Positions 1-12,650 are shown, counted from the first letter of the whole stretch. The stretch is DNA of 63,735 nucleotides, filler included, from Octopus bimaculoides (GCF_001194135.2; 11 parts of 11 records of this genome joined end to end with filler, not necessarily neighbours in it), one strand, 5' to 3'. Made by a program: numbers and translations. The notes: generated from the sequence alone by a model not told the origin.

Positions 1-120
1 GAATGTATACAAAAACAAGGACGGAAAAAAAAGAACAATGTTACACTATTACAATAAAAATAATAAATCAGGACATAACAACAGATGTCTTTCGACTAAG
101 GACGAATTAAATTAAGCTGG
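1..120. repeat. Dispersed repeat fragment, second copy at about 30131-30250; cut here by the RTE tail
   Basis: gaatgtatacaaaaacaaggacgg...tctttcgactaaggacgaattaaattaagctgg is nearly identical to 30131-30250. This copy stops at aagctgg, where (cat)n begins. Confidence 0.8.
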
Positions 121-121
121 C

Positions 122-2770
122 CATCATCATCATCATCATCATCATTTAACGTCCACTTTCCATGCTGGCATAGGTTGGACAGTTTGACTGAGGACTGGTG
201 AGCCAGAGGCTGCACCAGGCTCAATCTGATTTGGCAAAGTTTCCACTGTTGGATGCTCTTCCTAATGCCAACCACTCTGAGAGTGTAGTGGGTGCTTTTA
301 CATGCCACCGGCACGAGGGCCAGTCAGGGGGTTCTGGCAACGACACTCAAAAGGTGTTTTTTACATGCTACCTGCATGGAAGTCAGTCCAGCAGCACTGG
401 CAACGACTACGATTGAATGTTGTTTTTCACATGTGACCAGTACATGTGCTGGTAAAGCAATGCTGGCAACGATCATGCTCGAATGGTGCTTTTCATGTGC
501 CACTAGCACAGGAGCCAATCCGTGGCCCTAGCAACGATCACGCTTGGATGTGCTTTTAATATTCCACTGGCATGAGTGCCAATCAGGTGGTACTGCCATC
601 AATAGGTCTTCGCAAGCAAAGTTTATTGTCCAATGAATGAGGGGTATTCATAAGTGGGCTGGTTACACCCACTGACACAGGCCATGGGCTATGGTCTCAC
701 TTGGCTTGTCAGGTCTTCTCAATCACAGCATATCTCCAAAAGTCTCGGTCTCTTGTCATTGCTTTGGTAAGGCCCAATGTTTGAAGGTTATTCTTCACCA
801 CCTAATCCCAGGTTTTTCTGCGTCTACCTCTTCCATAGGTTCCCTCAACTGCTAGGGTGTGACACTTTTTCACAGCTGTCCTCATTCATTTGCAACATAT
901 GACCATACCAGCGCAGTTGTCTCTCTTGCACACCACATCTGATGCTTCTTAAATCCAATTTTTCTCTCAGGGCAAAACCAACTTTTGTCTCACGGCGCTT
1001 ACACTCTGTCGTGTATTCACACTGACATTACACATCCAGTGGAGAATACTGGTTTCATTCCTTGCAAGCTTACGCATGTCCTCAGCAGTCACGGCCCATG
1101 TTTCACTACCATGTAGCATGGCTGTTCATACACATGCGTCATACAGTCTACCTTTTACACTGATCAAGAGGCCCTTTATCACCAATAAGGGTAGGAGCTC
1201 ACCGAACTTTGCCCAGGCTATTCTTATTCTAGCAGCTACACTTTCAGAGAATCCACCACCTGCTACTGACTTCGTAACGGAAGCTATCAACTACTTGTAG
1301 TTTTTCTCCAGGGAATGTGACAGAAGCTGTTCTCTGCACATCTTCAGTGTTTCCAGCACCTGAGCATTTGCCACGTACAAAAACTATCTTCCCAGTTATG
1401 CTCCCTTTGATATTGCTGCACCTCTTATGTGTTCATAGCTTAGACTGGGTACATCGTATGGAGTTTCTACCTACACCATTTCTACAGATTGAGCAGGGCC
1501 ATCTACCTGAAGGGATTTGTGGTTTGTCTGCCTTCCTACTTATTAAGACTTTGGATTTAGCTAGGTTGACTCTAAGGCCCTTCAATTCTAATCCTGAAAC
1601 TTTTCCTCTAGTTCTGATAGAGACTCAGCAATTAGAGGAAGGTCATCAGCATAGAGTAGCTCCCAGGGGCATCCTGTCTTGAATCCCTCTGTTATTGCCT
1701 GGAGGACTATGATGAACAAGAAGTGGCTGAGGACTGATCCTTGGTGGACCCCTACCCCTACTCGTTGCTAACCCTCACCTTACTGACAGCATCCCTGAAC
1801 ATGTCTTGCACAGCTTTCACTAACCATTCTTCTATCCCTAGTTTCCTCATTGACCACCAGATAAGGGATTGAGGGACCCTATCAAAGGCTTTCTCCATGT
1901 CAATGAAAGTCAGGTACAGAGGTTTATCTTTGGCAAGGTATTTCTCTTGCAGCTGTCTTACCAGAAATATAGCATCAGTGGTGCTTTTNNNNNNNNNNAG
2001 TTTCCTCATTGACCACCAGATAAGGGATTGAGGGACCCTATCAAAGGCTTTCTCCATGTCAATGAAAGTCAGGTACAGAGGTTTATCTTTGGCAAGGTAT
2101 TTCTCTTGCAGCTGTCTTACCAGAAATATAGCATCAGTGGTGCTTTTCCCTGGCACGAACCCAAACTGCATCTCATCTAGATTGACTCTCTCCCTAATTA
2201 ATTGGGCTATGACCCTCTTTGTGACCTTCATTACCTGATCCAACAACTTGAGACTGCTGTAATTATCTGTATCTAAAGCGTCACCTTCACCTTTGTAGCA
2301 GTTGACTATGGTGCTGCTACACCAGTCATTGTGTATCACCTGGTTGACTATATGGGTGACTAGGCTATAGCCGACACCGCCAGATATTTTGAGCATCGCT
2401 TCTGCGTCTTTCCCCGTCTTCGTACCCTTAATTGCTTTATCTACCAAGGTACTGTCAATTCAGATAGCTGGTACCTGTGTTGGGTCAGCATTTGGCAGAC
2501 TCTCTTTCTCCCATTCATTCTCTTTATTGAGCAACCTTTCATAGTGGCGTCTCCAAATCTCTCTCTTTGCAGCCTTGTTTAATGCAAGTGAACCATCGGC
2601 GGTGCGGATACATTTCTCTCCGATGACATCACGATTCTCTCTCACACATTGTCTTGCAACATGAAATACCTCAAGTCTTTGGTCCTCACGGCACAGAACA
2701 TTGGAAAATTTTTTCTTATCTGCTTCCCTTCTAGCTATATAAACCTGTCTCCTAGCTTCCCTTCTGTCTG
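122..2770 (-). mobile_element. 5'-truncated, decayed RTE-clade LINE (RT domain, 3' UTR, (GAT)n tail)
   Basis: Minus-strand ORFs 2460-2645 and 1758-2447 give RT motifs (QFGFVPGKSTTDAIF, FIDMEKAFDRVP). Another frame gives GVHQGSVLS...WELLYADD at about 1640-1755, and LRWYGH at about 900. The element ends in a 3' UTR and (gat)n at 122-145. No APE domain is visible. Confidence 0.95.
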
Positions 2771-2819
2771 ATTAGTATTTGCAAGGGGAGGTCATTGTTC
2801 CCATCCCTAGCCTAACGTG

Positions 2820-2856
2820 ACTCATTCATTCGCAGCACATGACCATACCAGCGCAG
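2820..2856 (-). mobile_element. Short second RTE fragment (LRWYGHVLRMNE)
   Basis: ctcattcattcgcagcacatgaccataccagcgcag closely matches 881-916 of the RTE above. Confidence 0.7.
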
Positions 2857-3055
2857 ACTCGAGTTTCTGAGTAGTTACCCTTCCTCAGCATGTGTTAATC
2901 ACCAACTAGCGATGAAAATTTACCTCTCGCAAAATACTATATGATTTTTCCAGCAATGAACCATCATTGACCTCGAAAAAAGAGAAAGAAGCTATATTAA
3001 ATCTCTGAAAAAAAAAATTTACTTTTTGTATAATTATAACCTCTGACATCTAAAA

Positions 3056-3116
3056 TGAGGAAAGAAATTTTCTGGTCATATCCTGCTTTAGAAAAAGCAG
3101 AAAATTTCTTTCCTCA
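3056..3116. repeat. Perfect 19-bp inverted repeat (hairpin)
   Basis: tgaggaaagaaattttctg (3056-3074) and cagaaaatttctttcctca (3098-3116). Confidence 0.9.
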
Positions 3117-3439
3117 GTCCTGGTAGCCCAACTCTTTTTGATAGAGATACTAATAATGATATTAGTAATAGTAAGCCTAATAACTTAACTAGTAGTGATG
3201 AAAGACTAAATGAAAAGCAACCCTACATACCTGATATTTTAAGTAATAAGAAAAATAATAGAGTACATTTTGATAGGAGACTACATACTAATACTAGCAG
3301 AAAATCTAAGTTACATAAAAGTAATGGCAATGTAAATGATATTGTTACTCTACAAAATAATAAGGATTCCACAAAAAAAAACTACAAACCATAATAATAA
3401 TATTGTCCTAGAAAATAATGGTAATCAAAACATATCCTG

Positions 3440-4520
3440 TACTCATTCACACAATAAATTTAAAAGTAAAAATCCTGTCTAGCTTAATATCCCTTTCAAC
3501 TGTGCAGTATCCACGAATATTTACAAAAAATTTATGGATATTTTACAAAAAAATTTTCCTTCTTCCCACAGATATAGTAGAATCTTTTCATGCCATACAG
3601 TCCGAATCTCTTACTCTACCCTCCTTAATATAGGTACAATCATAGCTAGGTTAAATAGAAAGAACATAAGATCAGCTAGAATAATTGAAAATAAGAATGG
3701 TGGAAATAGTTATAGGAATATAAATAATAATTTAACCAATGTCAATAATAATATTACTAATAATTATAGAAATGGAAGTGGAAATAACAATGACAATAGC
3801 AATTATGAGGGTAATAGCAATATACTTAGTCCTGTCAACCATAATTTAAACCAACAAAATGAATATAGTGGTATTGATGTTGGAATTACAATTGAAATAA
3901 ATAGTAGTAGCACCTCTAATGATAATAATGTGAATTATGGGTCTAGTTCATATATGGAAATAGAAAATATTAGTATGCCTGATGCTGCGGGAATGATTCT
4001 GTCTGATAGCACGATGGAAATGGAATTAGATAGCAATAGAAGTGATCATAATAAGCCTGATAATAGAATTAATAATAGGGGAAATAATATCAATATGAAT
4101 AATTGCAACAACAATAATTTAAATCTTAGTAATAATACTGGTGTTGTTGATGGTTCTACTAGTTGCAATTGTAGAAATAAGTCCTGTTGTCCGTTATTAG
4201 GCTGATGTCTCACCAGAAACGTAGTATATAAATGCACAATAAGTAATATAACTGATAATTTTATTTACTTGGTGTGTACAATTAATTTGAAAGAGCGCAC
4301 ATATAATCACTTGTCATCTTTTAGACTAAAACATAAGGCAAATAGTACATTGTTAACAAATAAAATTTGAGAATTAAAGGAAAGTGGTACTAGTTTTAGC
4401 CTTAAACGGGAAATTATAAGAAAAGCCCAACATTATAGAAATAGCAGATATGGATGTGAATTATGTTCCATGGAAACATGAAATTTTAAAACTTACAAAC
4501 AATTCTAACCTGATTAATAA
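3440..4520 (+). pseudogene. Penelope-like element remnant: RT thumb/linker, Cys motif and GIY-YIG endonuclease, with in-frame stops
   Basis: NIPFNCAVSTNIYKKFMDILQKNFPSSHRYSRIFSCHTVRISYS, then CNCRNKSCCPLLG*CL, then VVYKC...FIYLVCT...KERTYNHLSSF...I*ELK...CELCSME. This matches the Penelope-like linker plus GIY-YIG pattern. Confidence 0.85.
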
Positions 4521-5461
4521 CAGATTAGACCTTAGAGTATTGTGTGTACACTGTTCCACTCAGACTTTTAAATATTTAAAAAAATAGCAAACTTAAATAA
4601 TGTGGTATTTTAATATCTACCATGTTTATCTTAGGCTATTAATTAGCACATATTTAAATTGAAATTGAACTTTTATAACATATTTTTGATCCCTCACCTT
4701 AATATATATTCTTCCTGTGATAACTAAAATTTCAACTTTATCCATGGATAGTATATCATTCATTTTACCAGTTTCTTAAACCTAAATGAGTCCATCATTA
4801 TAAACCATGATAATCCTATGTATCAATTCTTTTATAGTAGTTATAAAATAAATTTTATCTCTCATGTGTCCTTTAAATAATATTAGATATATTAGCTTTA
4901 ATTTTAATTTTAAGATAATTTTAAATAATTTTTAGTCCAATATATATAAAAAAAATTTTAACTTCACATCTTATCTAAGGTTCTTTATATTGGTATAAAT
5001 AAGTCTAAATGTACTTTACCAAAGCTTTTTAAATTAACACTACTTCATGGTTTTTGCATACTGAAAGTATTGATTAATTACATCACTATTATTCACATTA
5101 ATTAAGCTAATATTGGTATCTCAAAGTTTCCATACTTAGTATATGTATAACAGTACTGATACATTATTCTGATTAATGTAAACTATAAATAAACACATAC
5201 TGTATCTGTATATATACAGCAACTTAAAAATTTTTTTTTTTTAATATTTTATACACTGTTGACCTAGGTGCCTTATGATAAACTTCCCCTGCTACATTAT
5301 AAACTGGTCTGCTAATAGTGAACCCCCCCCCCAACCTATAATAGTGGTGTCACTAAAACCAAAATAATCTTTATAACCATGTTCCATATATATTGTTTAC
5401 CCCTTCCCTTTCTTTATNNNNNNNNNNNNNNNNNNNNNNNNNNNNNNNNNNNNNNNNNNNN

Positions 5462-5473
5462 TTAATTAATTAA
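5462..5473. other. Assembly gap linker TTAATTAATTAA (artefact; 10 copies in the window)
   Basis: An identical 12-mer with stops in all six frames, centred in about 100-bp N blocks at 5462, 10176, 21277, 25734, 39987, 51193, 56442, 60101, 61426 and 62642. Confidence 0.95.
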
Positions 5474-5606
5474 NNNNNNNNNNNNNNNNNNNNNNNNNNN
5501 NNNNNNNNNNNNNNNNNTATATATATATATATATATATTTATACTCACACAAGCACACATACATACATATGCACATATTTAAGTATACATTTAAAAATAC
5601 ATACAT

Positions 5607-5687
<81 letters not shown>

Positions 5688-6056
5688 TATATATACGTAT
5701 ATACATATCTATATCTATATCTATCTATCCACATATATATATGTATTTATATAAATTGTTACCCATATATATTTATGACTATGTTGCGCGTGTGGATTTG
5801 CGTAAATATCTATATGTGGCTGAGTGTGTGTATGTGTGTGTATGTGTGTATGTGTCAGTTTGGGTGTACATGTGTATGTATTGCTGTATTTATTTAAGAA
5901 TGATACATGCAATATAACAATGCTTGCATGGTATGTAAAATATACAAAATATGAATCATATATCACTAAAATATACAAATACAAAATCCTTAACATATAC
6001 ATGTACATGCACGTATTTATACATGCAATATATATAAAGATATATGTGTATTTGAA

Positions 6057-6059
<3 letters not shown>

Positions 6060-6128
<69 letters not shown>

Positions 6129-6236
6129 TATGTATATGTGTGTATGCATCCGTACTCGGATCATCCATACAATTATTCACACATGCATGCACGTACGTAT
6201 ATGTGTGTTTGTGGTGTGTGTGTGTTTGTGTGTGTG

Positions 6237-6270
<34 letters not shown>

Positions 6271-6290
6271 CCTCCTTGTGTGAATGTATG
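6060..6290. repeat. (TG)n and compound TG/TA microsatellite
   Basis: Direct reading. Confidence 0.95.
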
Positions 6291-6495
6291 TGTTTGTCCC
6301 TCCATCACCACTTGACAACCGGTGTTGGTGTGTTTACGACCCCGTAAATTAGTGGTTCGGCAAAGGAGCGTGATAGAATATGTACCAGATTTCCAATGAG
6401 AAGTTCTGGGGCCAATTTGTTCGACTAAAACCTTTGAGGGTAGAGCTCCAGTATGGCCGCAGTCAAATGACTGAAACAAGTAATACAATAAAAGA
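6289..6495 (+). mobile_element. SINE family 1, 3' half
   Basis: tgtttgtccc...cttgacaaccggtgttggtgtgtttacg...ccagtatggccgcagtcaaatgactgaaacaagtaa; shared with many copies in the window. Confidence 0.85.
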
Positions 6496-6531
<36 letters not shown>

Positions 6532-8030
6532 NNNNNNNNNNNNNNNNNNNNNNNNNNNNNNNNNNNNNNNNNNNNNNNNNNNNNNNNNNNNNNNNNNNNN
6601 NNNNNNNNNNNNNNNNNNNNNNNNNNNNNNNNNNNNNNNNNNNNNNNNNNNNNNNNNNNNNNNNNNNNNNNNNNNNNNNNNNNNNNNNNNNNNNNNNNNN
6701 NNNNNNNNNNNNNNNNNNNNNNNNNNNNNNNNNNNNNNNNNNNNNNNNNNNNNNNNNNNNNNNNNNNNNNNNNNNNNNNNNNNNNNNNNNNNNNNNNNNN
6801 NNNNNNNNNNNNNNNNNNNNNNNNNNNNNNNNNNNNNNNNNNNNNNNNNNNNNNNNNNNNNNNNNNNNNNNNNNNNNNNNNNNNNNNNNNNNNNNNNNNN
6901 NNNNNNNNNNNNNNNNNNNNNNNNNNNNNNNNNNNNNNNNNNNNNNNNNNNNNNNNNNNNNNNNNNNNNNNNNNNNNNNNNNNNNNNNNNNNNNNNNNNN
7001 NNNNNNNNNNNNNNNNNNNNNNNNNNNNNNNNNNNNNNNNNNNNNNNNNNNNNNNNNNNNNNNNNNNNNNNNNNNNNNNNNNNNNNNNNNNNNNNNNNNN
7101 NNNNNNNNNNNNNNNNNNNNNNNNNNNNNNNNNNNNNNNNNNNNNNNNNNNNNNNNNNNNNNNNNNNNNNNNNNNNNNNNNNNNNNNNNNNNNNNNNNNN
7201 NNNNNNNNNNNNNNNNNNNNNNNNNNNNNNNNNNNNNNNNNNNNNNNNNNNNNNNNNNNNNNNNNNNNNNNNNNNNNNNNNNNNNNNNNNNNNNNNNNNN
7301 NNNNNNNNNNNNNNNNNNNNNNNNNNNNNNNNNNNNNNNNNNNNNNNNNNNNNNNNNNNNNNNNNNNNNNNNNNNNNNNNNNNNNNNNNNNNNNNNNNNN
7401 NNNNNNNNNNNNNNNNNNNNNNGTATTTAAAGAAACAGAAATATGTAAAGGCATGTGAAGCTCATGCCAAAGTAATTTAGATTGGGACGTTATGTATTGT
7501 ACTCAAATTGATGAAACAAGTTGATGATCCTTGTAGTATACGAAAGTCAATCTCAGAACTATCACTTATCTCTTACTTGATTCTTCGGTTGGACTGGAAC
7601 CATGGTGGCGCACCATCTTAAAGGACTGTCTGTAGTTGTCTGCTCAACCCTTCTCTCTCCCTCTTTCTCACTACACATATATATATACATGCATACATAC
7701 ACCCACACTCAGGTTTACGTATAGTTCATTTTCCTCTTCTTTTCCCGGCGTCTACTTTTTCACTTTGATATCGTACTCGAATTTCTCTTTTCTTTCTTAC
7801 ACGTTCTCCATTTCTTTTCTACCTTTATTATTCACGTTCTTATTTATTCACACTCTATACCTTTCTTATTATCTTACGTTACATCGATAATTTCTCATCA
7901 CATGTGAAGAGCTACATCATCCTTCATTCAATTGTTCTTCTTCTTCAAAGATTTCTTTATTCAATTCCTTTTCTTTTTCGCATTTTTCATCATCTTGTCA
8001 CATTCTGTCACGCTGATTCAAAGTTAAGGG

Positions 8031-8256
8031 ACTCTTTTACTCATTTCCTTGTTTCAGTCATTTGACTGCTGCCATGCTGGAGCACCGCCTTTAGTCGAGC
8101 AAATCGACCCCAAGACTTATTCTTTGTAAGCCTAGTACTTATCCTATCGGTCTATTTTGCCGAACCGCTAAGTTACGGGGACGTAAACACACCAGCATCG
8201 GTTGTCAAGCGATGTTGGGGTGACAAACAGAGACACACAAACATATACACACACAC

Positions 8257-8314
<58 letters not shown>

Positions 8315-8357
8315 CGGGCTTCTTTCAGTTTCCGTCTACCAAATCCANNNNNNNNNN

Positions 8358-8391
<34 letters not shown>

Positions 8392-8545
8392 CGGGCTTCT
8401 TTCAGTTTCCGTCTACCAAATCCACTCACAAGGCTTTGGTCGGCTCGAGTCTATAGTAGAAGACACTTGTCCAAGGTGCCACGCAGTGGGGATGAACCCG
8501 GAACCATGTGGTTGGTAAGCAAGATACTTACCACACATGTCTGCC
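8031..8545 (-). mobile_element. SINE family 1, near-complete (tRNA-like head, internal microsatellite, 3' domain)
   Basis: Minus-strand head with A/B-box-like segments (tgtgtggtaag...ggttccgggttcatcccc), then ggcaccttggacaagtgtcttct, then internal (TA)n/(TG)n at about 8230-8390, then the 3' domain ending cagtcaaatgactgaaacaag. Confidence 0.9.
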
Positions 8546-8975
8546 AAATACTGAACCAGTTTCCACTGACGGATAACTACAATCACTACCATCATCATCA
8601 CCACCAACACCACCACCACCACCACCACCACCACCGGCGCAATATATATATATGTGTGTATCTATGTTCAGTCAAGGTTGACCTGAAGCTAAACAACATC
8701 TGACTACTGTGTATCTATTTACAGAAATATCTGAAAATAATCTTGCAGTATTGTTTTGTTGTGTATGTCGACTGGCACCGAGATGAAAGAGGTACGTAAG
8801 AGTAATGACGACGATAATGATATATAATGAAGACATTGGTGAGTTGGAAGTATAAAAGAAAAAGAAAACAAGTATAAAAGATGGAGGATGTGAAGAGGAG
8901 TAGTGGAGGAGGAGGAAGAGGAAGGGTTGGCGGAGGAGATTGGAGGGGGTGGTGATAAGAGTATAACAGCTTGAC

Positions 8976-9013
<38 letters not shown>

Positions 9014-9014
9014 G

Positions 9015-9050
<36 letters not shown>

Positions 9051-9119
9051 TTCTTGTTGACCAATATACCAGAAGAAGAAAAAGAAAATGAAATATAATT
9101 GTTTTCAGGTCATCTACGA

Positions 9120-9127
9120 TGATGATA

Positions 9128-9180
<53 letters not shown>
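9120..9180. repeat. (GAT)n microsatellite
   Basis: Direct reading. Confidence 0.95.
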
Positions 9181-9181
<1 letters not shown>

Positions 9182-9546
9182 AAAGGATGGGTAAAAGGAC
9201 AAGTAGACGAGGAGGGGTGGAGGAGAAGGAGGAGGAGGAGGAGGAGAGCAAAAGCATTAGGATTAAGATTGGGATAATTGTATGGATTACAACATTGGCG
9301 ATTGTGGATACGTTGTGTTTTGTTGGTGTTATTTTTGAAGAAGACGATGACGACAACGACGACGACGATGATGATGATGATACTGCTGCTGCTTCTGCTA
9401 TTGATGTTGAGGAGGATAATGGTAATGATGATGATGATGATGATGGAAGTGAGGGGGAGGCGCAGAAGGTGAGGTTGGTGATGACAACTACTGAGATTAG
9501 TGCATTGAACGTGCTGTTGTTTTCTCGCATTGTCATCACCTTCATC

Positions 9547-9617
9547 AATCATCATCATCCTCATCATCATCATCATCATCATCATCCTCATCATCATCCC
9601 CATCATCATCATCATCC

Positions 9618-9657
<40 letters not shown>

Positions 9658-9730
9658 CATCATCATCCTCATCATCATCATCATCCTCATCATCATCATC
9701 ATCCTCATCATCATCATCATCATCATCATC
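9547..9730. repeat. Compound (CAT)n array interrupted by CCT/CCC triplets
   Basis: Direct reading; this produces the spurious His-rich and Met-rich ORFs. Confidence 0.95.
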
Positions 9731-9947
9731 AACAACATTCGCAACAGCAACCGCAGCATCAGCATGATTATCGTCGTCGTTATCAAGAATGTTACCACAA
9801 TCACCATGACAACAATAATTATTAAATCACAATCACCTCTTCTTGCTATTCTAGTTCATGGTATTGATATGACGGCTACTGGTGCAGCTACTTCGGAGTG
9901 TGTCTATATTTATAGACACAGATATGTACTTGTCTATACACGTCTAC

Positions 9948-10055
<108 letters not shown>

Positions 10056-10231
10056 ATATGTGTGTTTGTATGTGTGTATGTGTGTATGCATGTATATATA
10101 TATGTATGTGTGTATGTATGTATATGTATATNNNNNNNNNNNNNNNNNNNNNNNNNNNNNNNNNNNNNNNNNNNNTTAATTAATTAANNNNNNNNNNNNN
10201 NNNNNNNNNNNNNNNNNNNNNNNNNNNNNNN

Positions 10232-10277
<46 letters not shown>

Positions 10278-10977
10278 TGTATGTATATATGTATGTATGT
10301 ATGTATGTATGGATGGATGGATGGATGGATGGATGGATGGATGAATGCATGTATATATATAGTAGATATTACAAACGTATTACATTTCCTCAAATAAGAT
10401 GAATTGTTATTACCTTTCATTACGAAATTCTGTACAAATTCATCTTAATTTTTTTTCTCCTTATTTTTCTCTCTATGATTATTGTTTTTTTCTTCCTTAG
10501 CTTCTACCGCCTGAAAAGAAGCAGCGCAGCGTCAATGATTCTTTTCAGGGCTTCGCTACACGGAACTAGATATTGTGGAGGTTATGCAAAGATTCCGGTT
10601 TTGGTCGTGTACTCTGGCAACCGAACGGACTGAATCAAAACACCCTACGCTCTGCACATGGCATTAAAGTGAGTAAGAGAAACCTTATACCACCCCCATT
10701 CCAGGACTATTTCAGTTTAGCAAACTACACTCACAAGAATTTAACCAACCGAGGTCTATGACTGAAGACATCGGGTTCAATCAGAGATGCACAGATCGTC
10801 AGCAACCAATGGACATGCTCAACTAGTTAAGGTCAAGCAACTGACAAGCAAATCTGTGGAATTGAGCAGAATATTTGCTGTATTTGCCCATCTTTTATAC
10901 CAAGACAAAATATGTACATGATGACACCTCCAATCAGTTAAGATCAAAAGCCATGCGAATTACTTCCTGGTACAGCA

Positions 10978-10980
<3 letters not shown>

Positions 10981-11040
<60 letters not shown>
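10981..11040. repeat. (TTA)n microsatellite
   Basis: Direct reading. Confidence 0.95.
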
Positions 11041-11041
<1 letters not shown>

Positions 11042-11049
11042 CATTGGAT

Positions 11050-11230
11050 CGGTTGATTGGCAGAATTGTTAGCACGCCGGACAAAATGCTTAAGGGTATT
11101 TCATTCTGAGCTCAAATTCCACCATGGTCGACTTTGCTTTTCATTCTTTCGGGGTCGATGAAAGAAGTACCAGTTGTGTCCTGGAGGTCAATGTAATCGA
11201 CTAAATGCTCCCCCACAAATTTCAGACATC
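11050..11230 (+). mobile_element. SINE family 2 (tRNA-derived; central segment recalls the Meta-SINE domain)
   Basis: tggcagaattgttagcacgccggacaaaatgc...ctgagctcaaattcc...gactttgcttttcattctttcggggtcgat...; multiple copies in the window. The Meta-domain assignment is from recall only. Confidence 0.8.
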
Positions 11231-11322
11231 GTCTCCATCGTAAAAACGGATTATTATAATCATATAAAAATCTGAATGCACACACCCGCACATACACAAA
11301 CGCACGCGCACACACACACAGC

Positions 11323-11353
<31 letters not shown>

Positions 11354-11540
11354 GCATACATATTTTTTATTTACATACACACACATATATATATATAGAC
11401 AGACGGACAGAAAAGCATTCGTGCTGGCAGGCAGGCAGGCAGGCAGGCAGGTATTCGTCAGTTAGAAATAGTTGTTACTCAATATGTTACCCACCATCCA
11501 ATCTAATTATATATTTGTATGTGGATGTGTAAGAGATAGA

Positions 11541-11630
11541 GAAGAAAAAGAAGAAGAAGAAGAAGAAGAAGAAGAAGAAGAAGAAGAAGAAGAAGAAGAA
11601 GAAGAAGAAGAAGAAAGAAAGAAAGAAAGA
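11541..11630. repeat. (GAA)n and (GAAA)n microsatellite
   Basis: Direct reading. Confidence 0.95.
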
Positions 11631-11779
11631 AAGAGAAAACGAGTTAACGATTGGGATAGATTGCTGTAAATGTACGGAGAGAGACGGAGGAGTAAAGTTA
11701 AAACATTAAAAGAGGAAGATGAGGAAGAATTAGAAACAAACATGGCGCTAATGAAAAAGAAATGAGGATACACACACAC

Positions 11780-11825
<46 letters not shown>

Positions 11826-11861
11826 AAATATATATGCATATATATATATGTATAAAATAAA

Positions 11862-12094
11862 TAAATACGCCCTTTTAAAGCCTAGCCAGGCTCATGGGCC
11901 CGGTTTCCCGGTTTCACTGGCGTATGTGGTCCCCAGCTGGACGGGACGGCAGTCCATCGCAGCGTTACTCATTTTTGCCAATGTCAAATGAAATGCTTTG
12001 CTCAAGAACACAACGCGTCGCCCGGTCTAGGAATCGAAACCACAATCTTACGATCATGATGCTGACACCCTAACCATTAAGCCACGCGCCTCCA
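11862..12094 (-). mobile_element. SINE family 3 (tRNA head; V-SINE-like segment gcgatggactgccgtcccgtccag)
   Basis: The reverse complement matches 53599-53849. A-box-like tggcttaatggttagg and B-box-like ggtttcgattcc are present. Confidence 0.85.
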
Positions 12095-12339
12095 CACATA
12101 TATATATATATATGTATATATATGTATATACATCGTTCTTCAGTTGCTTCCCTTCCCACTGCTTCCGTTTGAGCCTCGGCTTTTCTAATGATACAAACCA
12201 ACACTTCTTACATATTTATAAAACCAGTCATTACATGCAATACTTGTTTCTTCGCAGTCACCTTCTTTCTTATCTTTAAACGCCTTAAAATTAGACAAGG
12301 GCTTTAGTGCAAGTATAAGCTTGGTCAGGTCTGGTGTGG

Positions 12340-12650
12340 CGATCATGTGTCATCGCAGCGCATTACTGTATTCACCATTTGTGGTCGACCAACACGGGCC
12401 GCCAATCCGGCCGGAGCCTCAATGAAGAGGAAGCAAGGAGTAACTCGGTAAATCAAGCAACATGGCCAAACGGTCTGAGCTGGTGCTCCCGAATCAAACA
12501 GGAAGCGTCCCAAATCTGACCAGTGGTAATCCAACAACTGGTAATCATACTTCTCGGAGGAAGGATTCCCGTCGGCCCCTGAAGCTTAAGTTTTGCATAC
12601 CATGCGATTTGGTAGAACCATTTCCATGCGAGGAACAACGCTGACCACTT
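12340..12650 (-). mobile_element. Decayed RTE-like LINE C-terminal fragment
   Basis: Minus-strand LIREHQLRPFGHVA resembles the post-RT RQLRxFGHVAR motif of RTE-type elements. Confidence 0.6.

Noticed and set aside
1850-2148. Apparent tandem duplication of about 140 bp of RT sequence
   Set aside because: Identical copies flank a 10-N gap, so this is an unmerged contig overlap.
8270-8420. Duplicated SINE segment
   Set aside because: Same pattern: identical sequence on both sides of a 10-N gap.
8440-8545. tRNA-like A/B boxes here and at 12040-12094 and 53599-53670
   Set aside because: No complete cloverleaf; they continue into SINE bodies, so they are SINE heads and not tRNA genes.
8719-9825. 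Long His-rich, Met-rich and Ile-rich ORFs (212-362 aa)
   Set aside because: They are translations of (CAT)n/(GAT)n/(GAG)n arrays in several frames, with no splice signals or domain structure.
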